In this document: piece by piece, positions 43,763 through 50,377 of the stretch | How the letters are laid out: each line of letters opens with the position of its first letter | Position numbering within the stretch: the stretch's first letter is position 1 | Assembly (NCBI GenBank): GCA_964355045.1 | Contig: CAYHCM010000007.1 | Span: forward strand, 1 to 50,377 | Length of the DNA stretch: 50,377 bases | Source: an uncultured Chitinophaga sp. | GTDB lineage: Bacteria > Bacteroidota > Bacteroidia > NS11-12g > UBA9320 | Reading direction: 5' to 3' | Notes under the pieces: model-generated | Databases searched by the model: none | What the model was told of the DNA's origin: nothing | Seen by the model: the letters and a program-made list of their open reading frames with translations, nothing else | Translations under genes and position numbers: made by a program

Positions 43763-46660
43763 TTATTCAATTGTAATTTCATCAATAAAAATAAATGCCT
43801 CACCACCTGCACCCAAATGCCAATCGGGAAGTTTGCCATAATTTATGGCTTTAATTTTTATATACCGAAATGTTTCGGAAAGCCTGTCTATTTCACATTC
43901 TTTGCGCAGCACTTCATAGCTTTCATCTTCAAATAAATTTTGGCGAATACCAATTTCACTAAAACTAATCCCATCGTGTGAACCATAATAATACACGGTA
44001 GTGGGAAATAAAATCCAGGAACGGGTATCGCGGAGAAAACCTGCTTTTATTTTATTTATCTTCTTCTCCACTTGTAAATCAAGAATGGCTTCAAAATCCT
44101 GACCCTGATAGCCCTGCCACCTTCCTTTGCGCCAATCGGTATCTCCCAATAGCCCGTCAATTAATCCTTCATCACCATCAGCCGTGTATTGCGGATTGTA
44201 AGTGCTGTTAATTTTAATCGTGAAGTTGTTGGGTTTTTTGTAGAAATAAGCAATGCTCGTATCACTTAGCGTTGGATAGTTATAATTACGCAATTCCTTT
44301 TCCGATTCCAAAACGGAATGGATTGCAGTAATTTTAGAATTTTTCTTAATAATAATTGGTTTCTTATAGGTTAAAAAACTATCCTGATTAATTTTATAGA
44401 ATATATAATTATCGAGAGGAATTTGCCTATTGTTTAGTTTAATTTCAAGCCGCATGGAATCTTTAAAAACCATTGAAATATTAATAATTATCGGACTTGA
44501 AATATAGACTTTGTGATTGTAATCTTCGCTAGTTTCTCCAATTTGATCTTTTGAATACGCTTCAAAACCAAAAATGTATAAAGATTTATTCCTGTCTAAA
44601 AAAAAACTATTAGACTTTTCAAATACAAGATTTTGTTTGTCAATGTATTTTTTATAGTAAGATTTATTTTTGATTGCGTTCAAATTCTTGAATACTTCAA
44701 AATTAAAATTATCACTTCTAATTTTGACACTATCAAAAATCATGTTGCCAAAATTATATCTGCTAAACACGGGGCATGAAGGGTAAAATCCCATAGAACT
44801 AAAAACGTACCAAGCACTCATTTGGCCGCAGTCCTCATTGCCGCACAATCCATCTGGGGTTGGCTTGTATAAACTATTGCATATTTTTTTTACATATTTT
44901 GTAGATGAATCTATATTATCAAAGAGATAGGGAATATGATGGCTCGGCTCATTTCCATGAGCATATTGGCCTATCATTCCTGAAATATCGGATTGTTCTC
45001 TGCCTGTAGTTTTTGAATCCACATTAAAAAGTTCAGAAATTCTATTGCGGAAATTTACTTCATTAATATCATGTGGAATTGCAAACGAGTATTGCCAGGC
45101 GTTGGCTTCGGTATAATTATTATCCACCCTTTTTGGGTCAAATGGGCTAAGCCATCCGCCATTTTTTCGAGGTCTCATAAAACCAGAATCAATATCTCTA
45201 ACATTTCTCCACCCATTACTCAGCTTTTCAAAATAATTTGCGTCATCTTTAATTCTCAATTCCTTGGCTATTTCTGAAACACAATAAAAATCATAACTGT
45301 ATTCCAAGGTTTTACTCACACTTTCACTTTCATCTTCAATTGATAAAAATCCTTTTTCTCTGAATTTATCCAAGCCAAAGCGGTTGCTCATGGCCTCGGC
45401 TTTTACTGCGGGGTAAATATCTTTTAGGTCATCAATAGTAATTACACCTTTATTATAAGAATCCAAAATTACACTCACGCTATGAAACCCAATCATGCAA
45501 TTTGTTTCGTTGCCCCACAATTCCCACATGGGTAATCGGCCGCTCTGTTCATATTGGGCCTGAAACGATTTTATAAAATCATAGCTTCGTTTTTTATCAA
45601 TAATATTTAAAAGAGGATGCAAAGCCCTGTATGTATCCCACAATGAAAATACGGTGTAATAATTAAAACTAATGGCTTGATGAATTTGCTTATCGCGGCC
45701 CATATATCTTCCATCCACATCGTTCATAATATTGGGGTGAATCATGCAATGGTAAAGGGCTGTATAAAAATTTATCTTCTCATCCTTCGTTCCTCCATAC
45801 ACTTTTATTTTATTCAATTCTTTGTTCCAGGCAGTGTTGGCATCTTGTTTCACTTTTTCAAAATCCCAATGGTTTAGTTCTTTATCCATATTGGCTTTGG
45901 CACCTGCTTCATCCACACTCGACAAGGCTGTTTTTATTAAAATTTTATCACCTATTTTTACATTATAACCCAAATTTACCTTGGTTTCACCTTTCTCATT
46001 TTTGCTGATAATGATTTGATCCGCATCGCGACTAACTTCAAAATAATAAAACATTAATTGATTTTCGGCCCAAGCCTTTGAACGTCTTAATCCGGAAAAG
46101 GTATGTTTGGTTAACTCTATAATTTTCCCTTCAAGCAATTCATCTCGGTGTTTTAAATTTAAAGTAATCCAAGCATATCCATTTTGAGAATAGGAATATT
46201 GCTGCAGCCCGACCCTTAATGTGGAAGTTAGTTCTACTTTAATTCCGTTATTTAATTTTACTGAGTAATACCCAGCCTTTGAAATTTCGTTTTTATGAGA
46301 AAATGAATTTCCTAAATCTTCAATTCTATCATTTACTGCATTCATTTCCCATTCGCGGTTTATGCTGCTTGGGTTAAAAGCAATGTCGCCATAATCGCTG
46401 CAACCGGTTCCGCTTAGATGGGTATGGCTAAAGCCGTAAATAATAGAATCGCTATAATGGTAACCACTACATCCATCCCAACTCCCGTCAATCCTTGTAT
46501 CAGGGCTAATTTGTACCATAGCAAAAGGCATCGTAGCACCGGGAAAAGTATGGCCATGCCCACCTGTTCCAATCATAGGATTTACAAATTGGGTGTAATT
46601 TTTTTGGGCATTAACACAAATGTTTAAACAAATAAGAAGTAGAAGAATTGGATTTTTCAC
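43763..46660 (-). CDS. glycoside hydrolase family 92 alpha-mannosidase with C-terminal discoidin/F5-8 type C-like domain
   Basis: 965 aa. FVNPMIGTGGHGHTFPGATMPFAMVQISPDT is the GH92 N-terminal signature. Also GNEPSHHIPYLF and CGNEDCGQMSAWYVFS. Confidence 0.92.
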   Translation of the reverse strand: MKNPILLLLICLNICVNAQKNYTQFVNPMIGTGGHGHTFPGATMPFAMVQISPDTRIDGSWDGCSGYHYSDSIIYGFSHTHLSGTGCSDYGDIAFNPSSINREWEMNAVNDRIEDLGNSFSHKNEISKAGYYSVKLNNGIKVELTSTLRVGLQQYSYSQNGYAWITLNLKHRDELLEGKIIELTKHTFSGLRRSKAWAENQLMFYYFEVSRDADQIIISKNEKGETKVNLGYNVKIGDKILIKTALSSVDEAGAKANMDKELNHWDFEKVKQDANTAWNKELNKIKVYGGTKDEKINFYTALYHCMIHPNIMNDVDGRYMGRDKQIHQAISFNYYTVFSLWDTYRALHPLLNIIDKKRSYDFIKSFQAQYEQSGRLPMWELWGNETNCMIGFHSVSVILDSYNKGVITIDDLKDIYPAVKAEAMSNRFGLDKFREKGFLSIEDESESVSKTLEYSYDFYCVSEIAKELRIKDDANYFEKLSNGWRNVRDIDSGFMRPRKNGGWLSPFDPKRVDNNYTEANAWQYSFAIPHDINEVNFRNRISELFNVDSKTTGREQSDISGMIGQYAHGNEPSHHIPYLFDNIDSSTKYVKKICNSLYKPTPDGLCGNEDCGQMSAWYVFSSMGFYPSCPVFSRYNFGNMIFDSVKIRSDNFNFEVFKNLNAIKNKSYYKKYIDKQNLVFEKSNSFFLDRNKSLYIFGFEAYSKDQIGETSEDYNHKVYISSPIIINISMVFKDSMRLEIKLNNRQIPLDNYIFYKINQDSFLTYKKPIIIKKNSKITAIHSVLESEKELRNYNYPTLSDTSIAYFYKKPNNFTIKINSTYNPQYTADGDEGLIDGLLGDTDWRKGRWQGYQGQDFEAILDLQVEKKINKIKAGFLRDTRSWILFPTTVYYYGSHDGISFSEIGIRQNLFEDESYEVLRKECEIDRLSETFRYIKIKAINYGKLPDWHLGAGGEAFIFIDEITIE

Positions 46661-46684
46661 GAATAAAAAATTGAGATTACGAAA

Positions 46685-47461
46685 TTAATCAAAAATCTCA
46701 ATCACCAAATGGTTCGAATCCCTTTTAAGTCCAAGCAATTGCTCAGCCCTGCCTCGATTTATAGCAATTACCAAATAATTATTTTCATCAAAAAAACACA
46801 CTTTACCACCTTCGGCTACATCCGAATAGCTCGTATGAATTTCATCCACCGTTTCGAACCGACTTAATTGGATGGTAAATTTTTTGATTCCAACCGTGGC
46901 TTCAAAAAAATCGCGGGTTAGCGTAGTGTAGGCATTTCCGAAGGTATCAAAATAAATAATATTGAACATGATGATATTCCCTTTTACCACTGGTTTTTGC
47001 ATCACCATATTAATAATATTTTCCTGTTTTCCATTTAGTTTTTCAAGATGATAGTCGCAATCAATTAGAAGTTTTATATAATTTGGAAAACTATTTTTAA
47101 ACGAAAAATAATCGCTTTCAGATACTTCAAAACGCTTGTATGTAAATTCACCTTCGCTAAAAACCATTGGAATTATCCCGTTATCGGCTGCTACCAAAAA
47201 CTGATTATTCATTTGCCCGATGATTAAAGCCTTATGCACATCAAGGCTCGAATCAACTCCAACAGCATGTATAGTATTGGCCGGAAAATGAAAAATGCTG
47301 TTTTTTAATATAAATGACGTTTCAATAAGTTTGAATGGGGAAATACTGTGGGTAATATCAATAACGGTACATTCGGGTAAAATTTTGGCAATTTTCCCCT
47401 TTAGCTCAGCTACAAAATGAGAGTGTGACCCAAAATCGGTGGTGAGGGTTATAATAGGCAA
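46685..47461 (-). CDS. SAM hydrolase / SAM hydroxide adenosyltransferase family protein (DUF62)
   Basis: 258 aa with an apparent TTG start. The N-terminus PIITLTTDFG is the family hallmark. Confidence 0.85.
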   Translation of the reverse strand: MPIITLTTDFGSHSHFVAELKGKIAKILPECTVIDITHSISPFKLIETSFILKNSIFHFPANTIHAVGVDSSLDVHKALIIGQMNNQFLVAADNGIIPMVFSEGEFTYKRFEVSESDYFSFKNSFPNYIKLLIDCDYHLEKLNGKQENIINMVMQKPVVKGNIIMFNIIYFDTFGNAYTTLTRDFFEATVGIKKFTIQLSRFETVDEIHTSYSDVAEGGKVCFFDENNYLVIAINRGRAEQLLGLKRDSNHLVIEIFD

Positions 47462-47606
47462 AATATTTGGTTTGATTATTTTAAGAACAAATGTAGATTT
47501 GAAAAAAATAAATTGTCAAAAACATAGTAACACTGTTTCTATTAAAGTAAACGCTTTTGCACTGGTTCATTTAGTATAACTTTTTTAAAAAAAAACTAAC
47601 AAACGA

Positions 47607-48581
47607 TTGACCGAAAAAATCCTACTCATTGAAAGAACCGATCCGGCTGTATTTTTTGGATCAAACAACAATTATTTTAACCTTCTCAAAAAAGTATTTC
47701 CGTTATTAAAAGTTTCTGCCAGAGGAAATGAAATAAAGATATCGGGGCCTGAAAATGAAATTTCAGAATTTGAGCAAAAAACCGAATTGCTTCAAACGCT
47801 AATAAATACTCGTTCCACCCTTAGTGATGATGAATTATTTAAACTTCTTACAGGTGAAACTGTAAATAGTCCAAATGATGTGGATAAAAACGGAAACGAA
47901 GTGCTGCCGGATAATGTATTGGTGTATGGGCCAAACGGACGAGTGGTAAGAGCCCGAACTCCCAACCAAATAAAACTGGTAAAGGAAGTGGACAGAAATG
48001 ATATTGTTTTTGCCATTGGACCTGCCGGTACCGGAAAAACCTATACGGCTGTAGCCTTGGCGGTAAGGGCTTTAAAAAATAAATTGATAAAACGAATTTT
48101 TTTGGTTCGTCCGGCTGTAGAGGCGGGTGAAAATCTCGGGTTTTTGCCTGGTGATTTAAAAGAAAAAATTGACCCTTATTTACGACCGCTTTACGATTCC
48201 TTACAGGATATGTTGCCGGAGGATAAATACAATAAGTATATCGAAAACCGAACCATCGAAATAGCACCCATGGCATTTATGCGTGGCCGAACGCTGGACA
48301 ATTGTTTTGTGATTTTGGATGAAGCTCAAAATGCTACCAATACACAGTTAAAAATGTTTTTAACCCGAATGGGGCCTAATGCCAAGGTAATTGTAACCGG
48401 TGACATTACTCAGGTAGATCTTCCGCCTAAAATGGAATCAGGTTTGATTAAAGCACTAAAAATTTTGGATGGAATTAAAGGAATAGAAACTGTCTTTCTG
48501 GATGTGGAAGACGTAGTGCGGCATCCTTTGGTAAAAGAAATAATTAAAGCTTATGGCAGGGCGGATACTGTTAATAAATAA
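47607..48581 (+). CDS. phoH: PhoH-like ATPase
   Basis: 324 aa with a TTG start. Walker A GPAGTGKTY, then FLPGDLKEKIDPYLRP and ILDEAQN. Confidence 0.92.
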   Translation: MTEKILLIERTDPAVFFGSNNNYFNLLKKVFPLLKVSARGNEIKISGPENEISEFEQKTELLQTLINTRSTLSDDELFKLLTGETVNSPNDVDKNGNEVLPDNVLVYGPNGRVVRARTPNQIKLVKEVDRNDIVFAIGPAGTGKTYTAVALAVRALKNKLIKRIFLVRPAVEAGENLGFLPGDLKEKIDPYLRPLYDSLQDMLPEDKYNKYIENRTIEIAPMAFMRGRTLDNCFVILDEAQNATNTQLKMFLTRMGPNAKVIVTGDITQVDLPPKMESGLIKALKILDGIKGIETVFLDVEDVVRHPLVKEIIKAYGRADTVNK

Positions 48582-48705
48582 TTATTTGAAAATTTGGAGA
48601 TTGTCAGACTTGCTCAGGGGTTTCGTTAAATAATGAAGGTGGAGGATAATGTTGACAAATGATTAATACTCATTAAACCCAATTGTACATTTGAAAATGT
48701 AACAA

Positions 48706-48741
48706 CCTCAAAATCAGCCTCAACCTTAACCTCAACCTTAA
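48706..48741. repeat. hexamer array CCTCAA AATCAG CCTCAA CCTTAA CCTCAA CCTTAA (complement of the GGTTGA/GGTTAA words) that includes the dnaN stop codon
   Basis: Read directly. On the minus strand it reads TAA GGT TGA GGT TAA GGT TGA GGC TGA TTT TGA in the dnaN frame. Confidence 0.9.
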
Positions 48742-49856
48742 TTATTCAACATCATTGGCATTATAAGCATAAGCATGTTTTCGGCTTTTTCTTTTTCATT
48801 TGGCAAAATAATACCTGCTCTGTTGGGCGTACTCATTTCCATTTTAATGGTTTCCAAATCAAGGCTTCCCAATAATTCGAGTAATAATTTGGAATTAAAT
48901 CCTATTTCAAGGTCTTCACCGGTATAATCGCAAGCTAATTTTTCAATGGCTTCATTACTTAAATCAAAATCCTCAGCCGAAATACTCATTTCGCTTCCTG
49001 TAAACTTCAAGCGTATTTGATGGGTTGATTTATTAGAATAAATTGAAATACGTTTAACCGAATTGTGAAGATCTTCCCGGTTCATAATAAGTACATTCGG
49101 GTTATCCTGAGGAATAACTGCATTGTAATCCGGATATTTTTCATCAATAAAACGACAAATAAGTTTGGTATCGCCAAATGAGAAAAAGGCATTGGAACGA
49201 TTATAATCCAACTGAACCGGAACTGAAGCCCCCATCAAACTTGTTTTTAAAAGATTCAAAGCTTTTTTCGGTAAAATAAAACTATGAACCACACCGGGCT
49301 TAACATCATTTCTTTCTACTTTTACCAACCTATTGGCATCGGTAGCCACAAAAGTTATTTTATCTTCTTCCAATTCTACAAAAACTCCTGTAAGATTAAG
49401 TCTTAGCTCATCTGTTCCTGTGGCAAACAGAGTTTTTGCAATACAATTTTGAAGAGTTTCAGAGGCTATGGTAAACGATGATTCCGATTCGGTTTCGGGT
49501 AATTTTGGAAAATCTTTTCCGGGCTGTCCAGCTAACTTATAATTACCAAACTCCGATTGAATTTGTACCTGAAATGTTTTTTCATCTATGGTAAATGTTA
49601 CCGGTTGGTTTGGCAGTGATCTCAGCGTTTCTATAGTTAGCCGTGAAGGTATAGCCACCGAAATTTTACCATCCGATTCAATTGACATCACCGTAGTCAT
49701 GCTTGTTTCCAAATCAGTGCTGGTAATACTGAGATTGGTTTTATCTATCTTAAACAGGAAGTTTTCAATTATTGGTAAAGTGGGTTTGCTCACAAGCGTT
49801 CCACTTATTTTTTGTAAATGTTCCACTAAGGACGTGGTGTTGGCAATAAATTTCAT
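48738..49856 (-). CDS. dnaN: DNA polymerase III beta sliding clamp
   Basis: 372 aa from the ATG at 49856 (MKFIANTTSL...). Three-domain length and a C-terminal LIMPMML motif. Confidence 0.93.
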   Translation of the reverse strand: MKFIANTTSLVEHLQKISGTLVSKPTLPIIENFLFKIDKTNLSITSTDLETSMTTVMSIESDGKISVAIPSRLTIETLRSLPNQPVTFTIDEKTFQVQIQSEFGNYKLAGQPGKDFPKLPETESESSFTIASETLQNCIAKTLFATGTDELRLNLTGVFVELEEDKITFVATDANRLVKVERNDVKPGVVHSFILPKKALNLLKTSLMGASVPVQLDYNRSNAFFSFGDTKLICRFIDEKYPDYNAVIPQDNPNVLIMNREDLHNSVKRISIYSNKSTHQIRLKFTGSEMSISAEDFDLSNEAIEKLACDYTGEDLEIGFNSKLLLELLGSLDLETIKMEMSTPNRAGIILPNEKEKAENMLMLIMPMMLNN

Positions 49857-50191
49857 AGCAGGCAAAAATACATAACTCAAAGTATAGATTTCAACAAATA
49901 ATGAGGAGTTTTATACAATTAAATTGAATTAGAAAAAAATTACGGATATGAATTGGCAGAACATCATTTAATAAACAATTTTAAAATACAATTTGGCTGT
50001 AAATAGGGCGATGCAGAACTTTTATTTTGAAATATTTTCATCAAATCGTTGAATTATGAAAAATATTAGTTGTTTATTAAATGGTTAATAATATATTTGC
50101 CCCCCAATCAATTACTATAAAAAGAAAAAATCGGTTTATTAAATCATTGACCGTTTAAAATATTGCCTATTGAAAAAATACCAGAATAACG

Positions 50192-50222
50192 AAGCCCACT
50201 CTTATGTGGGCTTTGTTTATTA
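50192..50222 (+). terminator. orphan intrinsic terminator with no plus-strand CDS upstream
   Basis: AAGCCCAC-TCTTAT-GTGGGCTT followed by TGTTTATTAT. 8-bp stem. Confidence 0.55.
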
Positions 50223-50326
50223 TATAGGTTAGAGTTGTGACGTATGCTGTTTTCAAGTAAAATTTTGTATGGCTTCAATTCAATCCCCGTTTATTTTATT
50301 TCATCACATTTATATTAAAAGAAAAA

Positions 50327-50377
50327 ATGAAATCTATCTTTAAAAAAGGCGATATAAAATCATTTTCAAGAACAATA
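50327..50377 (+). CDS. start of an unidentified CDS running off the window (MKSIFKKGDIKSFSRTI...)
   Basis: ATG at 50327, open to the window end. Too short to classify. Confidence 0.3.
   Translation, partial: MKSIFKKGDIKSFSRTI

Noticed and set aside
49857-50326. Replication origin / DnaA-box cluster next to dnaN
   Set aside because: The region is A/T-rich, but I found no TTATCCACA-like 9-mers on either strand (closest is TTCATCACA, 6 of 9), and dnaA is not adjacent.

Overview
Low-GC Bacteroidota chromosomal segment. The assignment rests on T9SS type A and type B C-terminal sorting domains, a PorQ-like protein, TAnnTTTG-type -7 promoter boxes and a TonB-dependent receptor. Housekeeping genes sit at both ends: a purA fragment, sucC and tsaC on the left, and phoH and dnaN on the right. 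The centre (12.6-32.5 kb) carries phenylacetate catabolic genes in the order paaE-paaA-paaB-paaC / paaD / paaH / paaJ / paaZ. Four blocks of unrelated accessory genes break this set up. (i) 15.9-19.0 kb holds two paralogous antitoxin-like small genes, a RelE/YafQ-like toxin, a DEDDh exonuclease, an SPFH protein and a roughly 100-aa 2-TM pore-loop-like membrane protein. (ii) One secreted hypothetical protein. (iii) A ParE toxin with a 58-aa antitoxin ORF missing from the supplied track, plus a start/stop-overlapping lipoprotein. (iv) A four-gene minus-strand block (DUF2339-like, DUF3999-like, SatD-like cyclase-fold plus HTH, DUF3307-like) with a tandem palindromic operator-like array over the SatD-like promoter. 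The right half carries T9SS cargo proteins, lgt, an orphan patatin-like lipase next to a PGDYG-like small protein, a TonB-dependent receptor, a GH92 mannosidase and a SAM hydrolase-family gene. No rRNA, tRNA, CRISPR array, transposase or integrase was recognised. Other observations: a probable frameshift at an A10 tract joining two ORFs; short-period (6/7/9/14 nt) word repeats abutting gene ends, some forming in-frame stop-codon arrays; two structured non-coding regions (41.3-41.9 kb and 42.9-43.2 kb) sharing sequence blocks; and an orphan promoter-plus-terminator pair upstream of dnaN. All functional calls come from motif recognition by eye. No database search was run.
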